Positions 38,851-49,065 of a stretch of 64,000 bases of DNA are shown piece by piece. A program made the position numbers and the translations under genes. The notes under the pieces are model-generated. The model did not search any database, had not been told where the DNA came from, and worked only from the letters and a program-made list of their open reading frames with translations. The stretch's first letter is position 1, and each line of letters starts with the position of its first letter. The stretch comes from Verrucomicrobiota bacterium (GTDB taxonomy: Bacteria > Verrucomicrobiota > Verrucomicrobiia > Limisphaerales > AAA164-E04). The stretch spans positions 4,032,001-4,096,000 of the forward strand of contig CP170459.1 in assembly GCA_047947115.1 (NCBI GenBank), in the 5' to 3' direction.

Positions 38851-40070
38851 TCATTCTTCCAAATGTATCCGAAAGAATGTCGCGAATGCACCAGGTTGGA
38901 TGATTGTTGATAGAGTCGCAGGAATCTGTACGGGAGCTATATCCTCAACAGGGAACCACTTCAAAAAATCAGAACTTTGCTCAAGGCGAACAAAGGTTCC
39001 CTCTGGTCCAGTAACATCAAACATCAGTTCACCAAGGTCATTCACGCAAACATACTCAACAATAATGGGTTCACGAGTAGCTTAAGACATTTTGTTCCAT
39101 ATTTTCAGGCTCGAAGTTTGACGATCCCACAACGATAGAAGCCCCACGTTGCCTTGATGATCTAATACCGGTTCCATTGAACGGATACTTCCCACGCTGG
39201 GACCAATGAGCATGATTTGGTTTTGAATACTTTGAAGATCCTGGGATAGGGACGCGATTCGCAGTTCCCTGGACTGGAAACCTTGACTCCAGGTGAGGGT
39301 CGGAGGGTTCGCATCAAAACCAGGCGCCCACTTGATCGAATTTGGTTGCACCGAGTTGAGCAACACCTGCTGCGATGTGATGGCGCTCACTTCGGGATTA
39401 AGGATCCCGGTCAACAGGTTTCCATCTGCATCTGCCCAGGCCAAAGCGAGTTGATTGTCTGGCGTGAGGATCAAATCGAGTGCATTGCCGAGATGGGTGG
39501 CCAAGGTCATCCGCGGTCCCGGGGTGGTATTTGTCCAATTGGCTCCCAGGAGTGTGCCCTCTGCCTTGAGTGCGGCATGCGCCCAGGATCCTTTGCGCAC
39601 CAATCTGACGGACCGGATGACTTCATTGGCCATGATTGTGTCAGGTTCGGACCATGAGGAGCCGTTCCAAATCGAAGTCATCAAATTGGCGACAGGAGAG
39701 GTCGGGCCCGCTGTCGTGTGGACCATTGCAACGGCGACTTCTTCATCGGAAACAGCAGCTTCGATCTCACGACACACGCCGTCGGTTTCGATCAGGGTGA
39801 CTGGAGTCGACCATGTTTGTCCCCCATGGTCGGTGATGGATGATTTGATCTTTGATTGAGGGTATGGATTCAGCGAATCATCTTGCTGAATTTCACACCA
39901 CATGGCCATCCATGATTCACCTCCCAAAGCGACGATGCTGGAGCTGATCATCCCATCGCTTTCGGTGATCACTCCGGCTCATCGAAGCCGGTTTCAGATT
40001 GCCTGGAAAACATTAATTTCATACGACCCTTATCCAAATCTCCACGAAACCACCCCTCCGACTCGCTGGC
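38851..40070 (-). pseudogene. Degraded secreted protein (BNR-like repeats + C-terminal conserved domain)
   Basis: ORFs 39082-39972 and 38851-39045 share a frame and are separated by one TAA (KMS*ATREP); a 1-nt frameshift near 39973 links to an upstream coding-like frame (…KLMFSRQSETGFDEP). Confidence 0.65.
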
Positions 40071-40272
40071 AATTTTGACGGCAACGGAACATTGGAGTTT
40101 TCGGATGACCAATCAATGGAGGTCCAGGGAAATGCGGATTTCAACGGACCAAATTTAGATTTCCCGAGATGATCCCACCCGCATCAAGGTCCAGCTTATA
40201 ATTCTGCCCAGACGCGATACAGCTCGTTTTTTCCGACTCAACATCAAAGTGCAGAACCCAACTCAGCCTTGA
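40071..40272 (+). pseudogene. Relic of a secreted-protein 3' end
   Basis: Fragments NFDGNGTLEF…FNG and …RRDTARFFRLNIK* in different frames; no start codon. Confidence 0.35.
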
Positions 40273-40427
40273 GCAGCATTCAATCGTTGGTATCATTTTC
40301 ACCGGTGAGCAATCAGATTACCGACGGTGGAATAGTAAAAAAATCCACATTTTCAGAAAATGCCGGTCGCCACCGGGCAAGAGCCCCGATCGCAATGTGG
40401 AGGCAATACAACACCAAACACCTTTAG

Positions 40428-41546
40428 CTAGGTCAGTTTTCTAAAGCGTTGGTCCTTGGCAAGCATCTGCACCAATTGCTTAATCTGCTGACTGTGAGAT
40501 TTTGCAGCGATCAAGCAGGCGTCGTCTGTCTGCACAACGATGCAGTCCAGGATACCGATCAATGCAATCGGTCGTCCCTTTTTCTTTCGGGCATCGAAGA
40601 TAATGTTACCGTGTGAATCCAATTGCATCAGGTCACCACGAAAATAATTTCGATTGCCGTCGGATGCCAAGTGGCGTTCCAACGCCGTCCAGGATCCCAG
40701 ATCGTCCCAATCAAACGCACCCTCTGCCATGACCACATTCCCGGCTTTTTCCATCAGAGCGAAATCAATGGAGATCCGCTCGATATCCGGATATTCCTTC
40801 TTTAGGGCACGCTTCAACAATGTGGGCCGGTTTGCCAATCTGGTCCAGTTCCGGCACGCTTCAGCCATCTTGGGCCGATGGGTTTCCAGAGCGTGGAGAA
40901 ACGTCTCCACCGACCACACAAACATACCTGCGTTCCATCGATAATTCCCGGATTTTAGGAACCGTTTCGCTTTTGTCAGGTTGGGTTTCTCTACAAACTG
41001 GCGAACTTTCCAAAAGGGCGTTTGGATCTTCACTTTGCCCAGTTCCGGTTTCAACATCGAATCGGTCATGATGTATCCATACCCGGTGGCGGGTTCTGTC
41101 GGACGAATGCCGATCGTCACCAACGCTGGTTGCCTGGATGCCAAATGATAGCAATCTTTCAATACTCTTTGAAATTTCTTACGGTCTTGAATCAAATGAT
41201 CCGCTGGCAACACCGCCATCGTCGCTTTCGAATTGCGGCTCGCCACCAAAGCGGCTCCCAAGGATATGGCCGCGCAGGTGTCGCGCCCACAGGGTTCAGC
41301 AATGATATTCTCAACAGGCAAGTTAGGCAGTTGCTTTTTGACTTCGTTTGTCTGAGCCTGATTAGTGATGATCAGAATGTTGTCAATCGGCACGAGCTCA
41401 AGCACCCGATCGACGGTCTGTTGAAGAAATGACCGGTCTCCCAACAGCCTGATCAGTTGTTTGGGTGTTTTCTCACGACTGACCGGCCAGAATCGCTCCC
41501 CTCGCCCGCCGGCCATGACCAGGATGTAGCGGTCAAGCTGACTCAT
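40428..41546 (-). CDS. manC: Mannose-1-phosphate guanylyltransferase
   Basis: MAGGRGERFWP-SR…PKQ, EP-GRDT, PADH, FVEKP, WNAGMF, WDDLGSW. Confidence 0.9.
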   Translation of the reverse strand: MSQLDRYILVMAGGRGERFWPVSREKTPKQLIRLLGDRSFLQQTVDRVLELVPIDNILIITNQAQTNEVKKQLPNLPVENIIAEPCGRDTCAAISLGAALVASRNSKATMAVLPADHLIQDRKKFQRVLKDCYHLASRQPALVTIGIRPTEPATGYGYIMTDSMLKPELGKVKIQTPFWKVRQFVEKPNLTKAKRFLKSGNYRWNAGMFVWSVETFLHALETHRPKMAEACRNWTRLANRPTLLKRALKKEYPDIERISIDFALMEKAGNVVMAEGAFDWDDLGSWTALERHLASDGNRNYFRGDLMQLDSHGNIIFDARKKKGRPIALIGILDCIVVQTDDACLIAAKSHSQQIKQLVQMLAKDQRFRKLT

Positions 41547-41558
41547 GTTATCAGGAAA

Positions 41559-42359
41559 TTAGAATTTTTTGATTGCATTGGACAAGGATCCTACAAATTC
41601 AGAAACGTGAGAAACAAGCGTATCCGATTTCCCCTCCTCGGCGATCTTATTGACCACAGCACTTCCGACAATAATGGCATCACCATATTCCGCCACTTGG
41701 CGCGCCTGTTCCGGATTGGAAATGCCAAAACCTATGGCGATCGGGAGTTGGGTTCGCTGACGGATAGTGCCGGTCATTTCTGAAATGGTTGACGAAATAC
41801 TGGATTGCATTCCCGTCACGCCTTCTCTTGATACATAATAGATGAATCCTTTTCCATGCTCGACGATGGATTGAATCCTTGCGTCGGGTGTCGTCGGCGC
41901 AATCAAAAACACTGGGCAAAGCCCGGCGTTCTGCATCAACTGACTGTAGTCCTCCGATTCTTCCGGCGGTAGATCCAGAATCAAAATTCCATCGGCCCCG
42001 GCATCGGCACTTTCCTGAATAAATCGCTTCAATCCATATCGGTGAAGCAAATTGTAATAAACGAAAAACACGATGGGGATTTCAGATTCTTTCCGAATGG
42101 ACTTCACCGTTTCCAACACGCCACCAGGTGTCGTGCCGGAATCCAATCCCCGCTGAGCGGCCAATTGGTTTACAAGGCCGTCAGCAAGCGGATCACTGAA
42201 CGGTATTCCAAGTTCCAGCACATCCGCGCCAGCATTGTCGAAGGCAAGAGCCAGTTGGCGCGTCGACTCCAGATCCGGATCTCCCGCGCCGATATAAACC
42301 ACCAGGCCCTTTTTACCTTGGCTCTTCAAATCGGCAAAACGTTGCTCAATACGATTCAT
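41559..42359 (-). CDS. trpA: Tryptophan synthase alpha chain
   Basis: LELGIPFSDPLADG, DLPPEE, GVTG, GFGIS. Confidence 0.97.
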   Translation of the reverse strand: MNRIEQRFADLKSQGKKGLVVYIGAGDPDLESTRQLALAFDNAGADVLELGIPFSDPLADGLVNQLAAQRGLDSGTTPGGVLETVKSIRKESEIPIVFFVYYNLLHRYGLKRFIQESADAGADGILILDLPPEESEDYSQLMQNAGLCPVFLIAPTTPDARIQSIVEHGKGFIYYVSREGVTGMQSSISSTISEMTGTIRQRTQLPIAIGFGISNPEQARQVAEYGDAIIVGSAVVNKIAEEGKSDTLVSHVSEFVGSLSNAIKKF

Positions 42360-42538
42360 TTTTCAAATAGTTGGGTTTCCTGCGTCAGGATGCAAGAGTT
42401 AATCAAACCAACTGGAATGGTAATCGGTTTTTCTTCTTAGAAGCTTTGAATAATCGTCCCTATCATGAGTGCGGATATCAAGAAAGCGGTTCCCTTAACA
42501 GGAACCGCTTTCTCGTGAGTAATTCATTTGCCTTGGGC

Positions 42539-43702
42539 CTAGATCTTGACCCATTGCCGTGTCTCGGCGGATTCTTCGACCGCTTCCATGACACGCTGGT
42601 TAAGCATACCGTCTTCAAACGTAGGCTGGACAGCGCTGCCATCCACCACCGCATTGACGAAGTCGGCCAAGGTGTGAACGAAGGTGTGTTCATAGCCCAG
42701 AATGTGGCCGGGAGGCCACCATTGCCCCACGAAAGGATGATCTCCACCGGGCTGGGTAACCAGGATGTCGCTGAATCCCTGGCGATCGCTGGCCACCGTG
42801 TTGTCAAACCATTTGAGGCGGTTCATGTCTTCGAAATCGAAGTAAAGGGATCCTTTCGAACCATTGATTTCAATGACAATGTTGTTTTTGCGACCTAGTG
42901 CGAAACGAGTGGCTTCCAAATTGGCGACGGCTCCGTTTTGAAATTTCCCGATAAACAACGCGGCGTCATCCACAGTGACTTCGCCCATGGTTTTGCCACC
43001 GGCACCGCCCAGACCGTCTCCTTTACCGGAGGAGTCTTCGATCGGGCGCTGTTTGATGAAGGTGTTCATCATGCCGCAAACTTCCTCGAATTCACCCACC
43101 AGATAACGTCCAAGATCGATGATGTGTGCATTGATGTCTCCGTGAGCGCCACTTCCGCTGATACCTTTCTGCAGCCTCCAGACCAAGGGGAACTCAGGAT
43201 CCACAATCCAGTCTTGGGCGTAACGTGCGCGGTAGTGATAAATTTTTCCAATGGCACCCTCTTCAATCATTTTCTTGGCATGGGCGATGGCGGGAATGCG
43301 GCGATAATTGTGACAAACCATGTGCACAATACCCGCTTCCTTGGCGGCATCCACCATTTCCTGACACTGCGCCACAGTCATGGCCAGCGGTTTCTCACAC
43401 AAAACGTGTTTACCGGCCTTGGCAGCTGCTATGGAAATTTCAGCATGCGAATCATTGGGTGTATTGATGTCAACAATATCGATCTCTGGATTGTTAATCA
43501 CTTCTTCCCAACTGGTTGAAATATTTTCCCAACCAAGTTCCTTGGCCGATGCTTCCAGGGCTTCCTTATTGCGACCACAAATGGTGTGCATTTTAATGTC
43601 GGCTTTCAACGGAAAGAAATGGGGAGCCTGCCTCCAACCGTTGGAGTGAGCTTTCCCCATGAACCGGTAGCCGATCATACCGACGTTAAGTGTTTTGGAC
43701 AT
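42539..43702 (-). CDS. Gfo/Idh/MocA oxidoreductase
   Basis: GYRFMG, CEKP, NYRR, GDINAH. Confidence 0.9.
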   Translation of the reverse strand: MSKTLNVGMIGYRFMGKAHSNGWRQAPHFFPLKADIKMHTICGRNKEALEASAKELGWENISTSWEEVINNPEIDIVDINTPNDSHAEISIAAAKAGKHVLCEKPLAMTVAQCQEMVDAAKEAGIVHMVCHNYRRIPAIAHAKKMIEEGAIGKIYHYRARYAQDWIVDPEFPLVWRLQKGISGSGAHGDINAHIIDLGRYLVGEFEEVCGMMNTFIKQRPIEDSSGKGDGLGGAGGKTMGEVTVDDAALFIGKFQNGAVANLEATRFALGRKNNIVIEINGSKGSLYFDFEDMNRLKWFDNTVASDRQGFSDILVTQPGGDHPFVGQWWPPGHILGYEHTFVHTLADFVNAVVDGSAVQPTFEDGMLNQRVMEAVEESAETRQWVKI

Positions 43703-43799
43703 AATTCCTTGCTTACGCTTCTAAAGTTTAATGGTTGATTCGATTAATCCGTGCTTTATAAAGATCTCGCGAGAGCAAGTCAACGCGCGACTTGAAGTT

Positions 43800-44183
43800 A
43801 TGTGGATACAGATATTGAAATCAAAACTGCACCTTGCCACGGTCACCGAGGCATGCGTGGATTACGAGGGAAGCATGACCATTTCTCAGGACCTCATGGA
43901 CCTGTGCGGGATCCTGCCATACGAGAAAGTTCTGTGCGGCAATATGGCAAATGGCAGTCGCTTTGAAACGTATGCCATTCCAGGGGAAGCAAAAAGAGGA
44001 CAAATCATCCTGAATGGGGCCACCGCACACCTGGGAAAGGTCGGGGATCGGCTCACCATCATGACTTTTGCTAATGTGAAACAAGAGGATGCCGGTGTTT
44101 GGACTCCCAAAGTTCTTGTTCTGGACACATCAAACCGGGTCGTAAAGCGACGCGGCATTCAGGATGCGGAACCTGCCAGCTGA
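43800..44183 (+). CDS. panD: Aspartate 1-decarboxylase
   Basis: KSKLH-ATVT, YEG|S self-cleavage site, RFETY, LNGA. Confidence 0.95.
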   Translation: MWIQILKSKLHLATVTEACVDYEGSMTISQDLMDLCGILPYEKVLCGNMANGSRFETYAIPGEAKRGQIILNGATAHLGKVGDRLTIMTFANVKQEDAGVWTPKVLVLDTSNRVVKRRGIQDAEPAS

Positions 44184-44261
44184 GACTCCCAGCTAAACCG
44201 GACCTTTCTTGTTCCTGTTTGATTCAATCCACAAAAAGATACCAACAGCTGATACCAGTTC

Positions 44262-45272
44262 ATGCCAGCACTCAACATACAAAAAATCGCCGATCATGTG
44301 GGAGGTAAGTTAACCGGTGATTCAAGCATTGAAATCGTCGGAATTGCTCCCGCAGACACGGCACAGGAAGGTTACCTTACCTTTGCCGAGAACGAACGCT
44401 ACCTCGAGGCTGCGCTAAACAGCAAAGCTTCAGCCATCCTGATTCCAAACGGAGAAATCAACACGGACAAAACCGTGATTCAGATTGACAATGTCAGGGT
44501 CGGATTTGCCAAGTTGCTAGCTTTGCTCTACCCGGAACACGTGCCGGCTCCCGGCATTCATCCTTCCGCCGTCATTGCTCCGTCCGCCCAGGTCGCGGAT
44601 TCGGCCCATGTGGGACCTTACTGCATCATTGAGGCTGGCGCCCAGGTCGGTGAGAATGTGGTATTGAGTGGGCACGTCTATGTCGGAACACACACCGTCA
44701 TTGATGATGGCTCGGCCATTTTTCCCAACGTCACCCTGTATCCATCAACCAAAGTCGGCAAGCGTGTCAGGATTCACTCCGGTGCTGTCATTGGATCCGA
44801 CGGGTATGGATATGTCCTGGATCATGGATTTCACCGCAAAATACCACAGATCGGCAACGTTGTGATCGAGGACGACGTGGAGATCGGGGCCAATACGACC
44901 ATCGATTGTGGCGCATTGGGATCCACGCGCATTGGTAAAGGTACCAAAATCGACAATCTTGTCCAACTTGGGCACAATGTCCAGATAGGAGAACACTCGA
45001 TCATTATTTCCCAAACGGGTATTGCCGGCAGTTCCAAGGTTGGCAACTATGTCATCCTGGCAGGTCAAACAGGTGTCGCCGGCCACATCACCATAGGCGA
45101 CAAAGTGGTAGTGGCCGCACAATCCGGGGTCATGCATTCAATTCCTGCGGGAGAGAAGTGGATGGGTTCTCCCGCTCAACCTGACAAGCAGGCCAAACGT
45201 CAGTTGATCTCCATCCAGCAACTTCCAGACTTGCTCAGGAGAATCAAAAAATTCCTGAACCTGCAATCATAA
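44262..45272 (+). CDS. lpxD: UDP-3-O-(3-hydroxyacyl)glucosamine N-acyltransferase
   Basis: Hexapeptide repeats, [25 protein letters not shown]. Confidence 0.95.
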   Translation: MPALNIQKIADHVGGKLTGDSSIEIVGIAPADTAQEGYLTFAENERYLEAALNSKASAILIPNGEINTDKTVIQIDNVRVGFAKLLALLYPEHVPAPGIHPSAVIAPSAQVADSAHVGPYCIIEAGAQVGENVVLSGHVYVGTHTVIDDGSAIFPNVTLYPSTKVGKRVRIHSGAVIGSDGYGYVLDHGFHRKIPQIGNVVIEDDVEIGANTTIDCGALGSTRIGKGTKIDNLVQLGHNVQIGEHSIIISQTGIAGSSKVGNYVILAGQTGVAGHITIGDKVVVAAQSGVMHSIPAGEKWMGSPAQPDKQAKRQLISIQQLPDLLRRIKKFLNLQS

Positions 45273-45284
45273 CACCCGCCATCA

Positions 45285-45755
45285 ATGTTCAAGCAAATCG
45301 ACTCCGACCTGATCGAAAAGTGCCTGACCCAAGCCCGTCAATCCCCCAGGAAGCGCAGTCACTTCAACCTACACGAAAGCCTGGAGGCGCCTGTTCAACG
45401 CCTCTGTATTGCTTTGATTGATGGGACTTATGTTCCACCACACAGACACCCGCAGTCCAATAAATGGGAACTGCTGGTTGCCATAAAAGGGATCAGCCTT
45501 CTGGTAATTTTCGATGATGCCGGCAACATCAAAAAGGTGTTCGAGATCAGTCCGACAGGTCCGCTTTCGGCGGTCGAGATCCCCCCCAACACCTGGCATT
45601 CGCTTCTGCCTAAAGAAGCGGAAAGTGTTGTACTTGAGGTGAAAGAAGGACCGTATACGCCAAATAAGCCTGAGTATTTTGCAGCTTGGGCCCCCGAAGA
45701 AAGCAGCGATCAAGCAAGTGAATACCTTTTGAAACTTCGGAAAAGCTGCGGATAG
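45285..45755 (+). CDS. WbuC family cupin-fold metalloprotein
   Basis: SPRKR-HFNLH, PHRH, WH, EVKEGPY, AWAPEE. Confidence 0.85.
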   Translation: MFKQIDSDLIEKCLTQARQSPRKRSHFNLHESLEAPVQRLCIALIDGTYVPPHRHPQSNKWELLVAIKGISLLVIFDDAGNIKKVFEISPTGPLSAVEIPPNTWHSLLPKEAESVVLEVKEGPYTPNKPEYFAAWAPEESSDQASEYLLKLRKSCG

Positions 45756-45786
45756 AACTTCAAGTTTCGGTTTGGGATCCACAGAT

Positions 45787-45815
45787 TTGACACAGCCTGG
45801 GTCTGCTGGTAACAA
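45787..45815 (+). promoter_or_regulatory. sigma70 promoter for the NusG-paralog gene
   Basis: TTGACA-17 bp-TAACAA with an extended -10 TG. Confidence 0.6.
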
Positions 45816-45937
45816 CTGTGCGGTATTGGCAGCTAAGCCACGTTCTGCCGGTCCGTAGGCGGGGCAAAAGACAAGGAATCATTCACTGACAAATAATGAG
45901 AACCATCCAGGGAAGGAATACCAAGGATCCGGAGATA

Positions 45938-46435
45938 ATGCACGCGGACACGGATACATTGTGGTTCGTTGCGCACACACGCCCGAGGTGTGAGAAAAAG
46001 TTGCAGCATTATCTTGATCGCGAAGCCTTGCGCCATGTCCTGCCGACGATCAAAAAAGTTCACAAATACAAGGGTAAAACCGTTTCGTTTCAAAAACCGT
46101 TGTTCCCCGGATACATTTTCCTGAACATACATCCTTTCAAGCGACAGACAGTCTATCAGAGCGACTATGTTGCCAATCTGCTGGATGTGCCGGATCAGGA
46201 GGAATTCTACCAGCAGCTCGGAGATATTCTCGAAGCGGTCGATTCGGGTTATGAAATCCAATTGGCACCGGAGATTGGAGTCGGAAAAAGAGTCATGATT
46301 CGTTCCGGCCCCATGCGCGGTATCGAAGGATGGGTGGAAGATCGTTATGGTGTCAGCACTGTTCTTTTGAGGCTGGACTTCATTGGGCAGGCAGCCGCCA
46401 TGAAAATGGATGCAGACATTCTGGAACTCGTCTGA
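45938..46435 (+). CDS. NusG/RfaH/UpxY family transcription antitermination factor
   Basis: WFVAHTRPRCEKK, PLFPGYIF, KOW GKRVMIRSGPMRGIEG; GGAGA RBS before ATG 45938. Confidence 0.9.
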   Translation: MHADTDTLWFVAHTRPRCEKKLQHYLDREALRHVLPTIKKVHKYKGKTVSFQKPLFPGYIFLNIHPFKRQTVYQSDYVANLLDVPDQEEFYQQLGDILEAVDSGYEIQLAPEIGVGKRVMIRSGPMRGIEGWVEDRYGVSTVLLRLDFIGQAAAMKMDADILELV

Positions 46436-46449
46436 CCTCATCTTCCATC

Positions 46450-46932
46450 ATGCAGATATCCACGCTGATTTATTGCTTTGATTCAAGCGACCGCGTGTTG
46501 CTGATACAACGCAACAAGGCGCCCAACAAAGGATTTTGGAGCCCTCCGGGAGGCAAATTGAATCAGAGCACGGGTGAATCACCGCATAGCTGTGCTGCAC
46601 GCGAATCAAAAGAAGAACTCGGACTGGACGCCAAGCCGGAGGCATTTCATCTGACCGGCATGGTCAGCGAAACGGGTTACGAAGGCAATGGTCACTGGTT
46701 GATGTTTCTTTTCGAATACCAACATCCGCTGCCTTATTGTCCACCGCCACATCCCGAAGGAGCGTTTGAGTTTTTTTCAAGGCAAAGCCTGGGGTCACTT
46801 AAAATACCGGAAACCGACAGAACATTTATCTGGCCCTTGTTCTGGAAATACCGAGGCGGATTCTTTACCGCCCATTGCGACTGCACCAAACCTGACGCAT
46901 TTGATTGGCGATTGCTTCAGGCGATGAAATGA
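46450..46932 (+). CDS. NUDIX hydrolase
   Basis: PGGKL…GES…AARESKEELG Nudix box. Confidence 0.9.
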   Translation: MQISTLIYCFDSSDRVLLIQRNKAPNKGFWSPPGGKLNQSTGESPHSCAARESKEELGLDAKPEAFHLTGMVSETGYEGNGHWLMFLFEYQHPLPYCPPPHPEGAFEFFSRQSLGSLKIPETDRTFIWPLFWKYRGGFFTAHCDCTKPDAFDWRLLQAMK

Positions 46933-46951
46933 ATAGATAAATTGATCCACC

Positions 46952-47428
46952 ATGATTGATCGACAAAGTGATGACTTTTTCATGAATGAAGCCCTCCGCC
47001 AGGCCAGGCGAGCCTATACCGCCGACGAAGTCCCCGTCGGAGCAGTCATTGTTCACGAGGGCCAAATAATTGCGCGTGCCTTTAATCAGGTAGAATTGCT
47101 CAAGGACGCAACTGCTCACGCCGAAATGCTGGCGCTAACCCAAGCCCAATCCGCCATCGGTGACTGGAGATTGAATGGATGCTCGCTTTTCGTGACCAAA
47201 GAGCCTTGCCCCATGTGCGCCGGCGCAATCGTTCACACACGCATCGACCGTGTCATTTTTGGCCTGGCCGACCCCAAAGCCGGCGGTGCGGGATCTGCTA
47301 TGAACATCCTGCAATTCCCAACATTAAACCACCACAGTGCCATCACAAGCGGTGTCATGGAGCAGGAATGTCGATCCTTGATTCAGACATTCTTCGCTCA
47401 GAAACGAGCCTCCAAACAAAACAACTGA
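46952..47428 (+). CDS. tadA: tRNA adenosine(34) deaminase
   Basis: EVPVGA, HAE, EPCPMC, DPKAG, C-terminal FF. Confidence 0.95.
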   Translation: MIDRQSDDFFMNEALRQARRAYTADEVPVGAVIVHEGQIIARAFNQVELLKDATAHAEMLALTQAQSAIGDWRLNGCSLFVTKEPCPMCAGAIVHTRIDRVIFGLADPKAGGAGSAMNILQFPTLNHHSAITSGVMEQECRSLIQTFFAQKRASKQNN

Positions 47429-47451
47429 AATCACTCCCTGATGTGCGGGCA

Positions 47452-47760
47452 TCAGCTCACCATCAAAAGGGAGACACGGATATTTTCCTCCGTGCGTGTG
47501 ACACCATTCGCCTGGGGATCAAGAACGGGTTCGCCATCCACCAGGAAGAGATAGCGATGTTGGCCTGTATGCATGGGAAGTTGAAGGTGCCAGGCCCCAT
47601 CAGGCATTCGCTGCATGGGATGATCGGATCCATGCCAGTGATTGAAATCCCCAAGCAATTGAACTGATTTCGCCTTGGGGGCGAAGTAACTGAAGTTAAC
47701 TGGCACAACAGTGCGTTTGGCCGAATAACGATGTACGGTTTCTGGTGTTTGCTCTCTCAT
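47452..47760 (-). CDS. Glycogen-binding CBM48 (isoamylase early set) domain protein
   Basis: A-SV-L-GDFN-W…G-W…Y-F-VDG…DP. Confidence 0.85.
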   Translation of the reverse strand: MREQTPETVHRYSAKRTVVPVNFSYFAPKAKSVQLLGDFNHWHGSDHPMQRMPDGAWHLQLPMHTGQHRYLFLVDGEPVLDPQANGVTRTEENIRVSLLMVS

Positions 47761-47897
47761 AAATCCAATATTCCTTCTTTTATTCCCTTAACAAGAGGAA
47801 TTCAGCCCGGTTCACATTCCATGCGAATGGACAAACGTCGAGAAAGAAAGCAGATGTCGTACCTGGCTTCAAGGAACTTCCTTAGTTTTTTACAACA

Positions 47898-47926
47898 TTG
47901 CCAAGCGATCCATTTATGCTTAGAAA
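47898..47926 (+). promoter_or_regulatory. Putative sigma70 promoter (leaderless spacing)
   Basis: TTGCCA-17 bp-TAGAAA, 6 nt before ATG 47933. Confidence 0.45.
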
Positions 47927-47932
47927 GTCGAC

Positions 47933-49051
47933 ATGCAAATCTTTGACTCATTCAATCCACCTGCACGCCTTCTGATGGGACCCGGTCCGAGTAATGCCGC
48001 TCCGTCGGTCCTTTCCGCCCTGGCCAATCCCCTGCTTGGCCATCTGGATCCTGCTTTCATTCAAATGATGGAAGAGATCAAATCCATGTTGCGAAGTGTA
48101 TTTCAAACGAAAAACCAAATGACTTTTCCAGTCAGTGGAACAGGAAGTGCCGGAATGGAGTTTTGTTTTGTCAATCTGATCGAACCAGGTGATGAGGTCA
48201 TTGTCTGCATCAACGGAGTATTCGGCATGCGAATGGCCGACCTGGCGGAGCGTTGCGGTGCAAACGTTATCAAAGTGGAAGCGCCCTGGGGCGAGATTAT
48301 CCGCCCGGAGCAGGTCAAAGAAGCGGTCACAGGTCGTTCCCCCAAACTGGTGGCCCTGGTTCATGCAGAAACCTCAACAGGCGCTCTTACCCCGGTGGAA
48401 AGCATATCCGAGATAGCTCATGGAGCCGGGGCGCTCATGCTTTTGGACACCGTCACTTCTTTGGGTGGGTGCAAAGTGGATATTGACGGTTGGAATATCG
48501 ATGCAGTTTACTCCGGCACTCAGAAATGTCTGAGTTGCCCCCCAGGATTGGCCCCTGTGTCATTGAGCCCAAGAGCGCTGGAAACTGCACAGAACAGAAA
48601 AACAAGGGTGCAGAGCTGGTATCTGGATGTGAACATGCTTTCAGGATACTGGGGTAGCGAACGGGTTTATCACCACACCGCTCCCATCTCCATGAATTAT
48701 GCACTGCATGAAGCGCTTCGTCTCATTCTCGAAGAAGGTCTCGAAACCAGATGGGAACGTCACCGCCAAAACCATTTGAGATTGGTGGAAGGACTCAAAA
48801 CACTTGGACTGGGAATCGCTTCCCAGCAAGGGCACCAGCTCTGGCAACTGAATGCAGTTACCGTTCCTGAAGGAACCGATGAAGCTGGCGTGCGCAAACG
48901 CCTGCTGGAAGAGTACCAGATCGAGGTCGGAGCCGGACTTGGCCCAATGAAAGGGAAAATCTGGCGCGTTGGCTTGATGGGAGAATCATCACAAGCCAAA
49001 TACGTAGATCATTTTCTGGAAGCCATGACCGCGATCCTGAAAGGATCCTGA
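47933..49051 (+). CDS. Alanine-glyoxylate aminotransferase family (class V PLP)
   Basis: LMGPGPS, HAETSTG, DTVTS, TQKCL-CPPG, RVGLMG. Confidence 0.9.
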   Translation: MQIFDSFNPPARLLMGPGPSNAAPSVLSALANPLLGHLDPAFIQMMEEIKSMLRSVFQTKNQMTFPVSGTGSAGMEFCFVNLIEPGDEVIVCINGVFGMRMADLAERCGANVIKVEAPWGEIIRPEQVKEAVTGRSPKLVALVHAETSTGALTPVESISEIAHGAGALMLLDTVTSLGGCKVDIDGWNIDAVYSGTQKCLSCPPGLAPVSLSPRALETAQNRKTRVQSWYLDVNMLSGYWGSERVYHHTAPISMNYALHEALRLILEEGLETRWERHRQNHLRLVEGLKTLGLGIASQQGHQLWQLNAVTVPEGTDEAGVRKRLLEEYQIEVGAGLGPMKGKIWRVGLMGESSQAKYVDHFLEAMTAILKGS

Positions 49052-49065
49052 TCAACGAAACCGCC

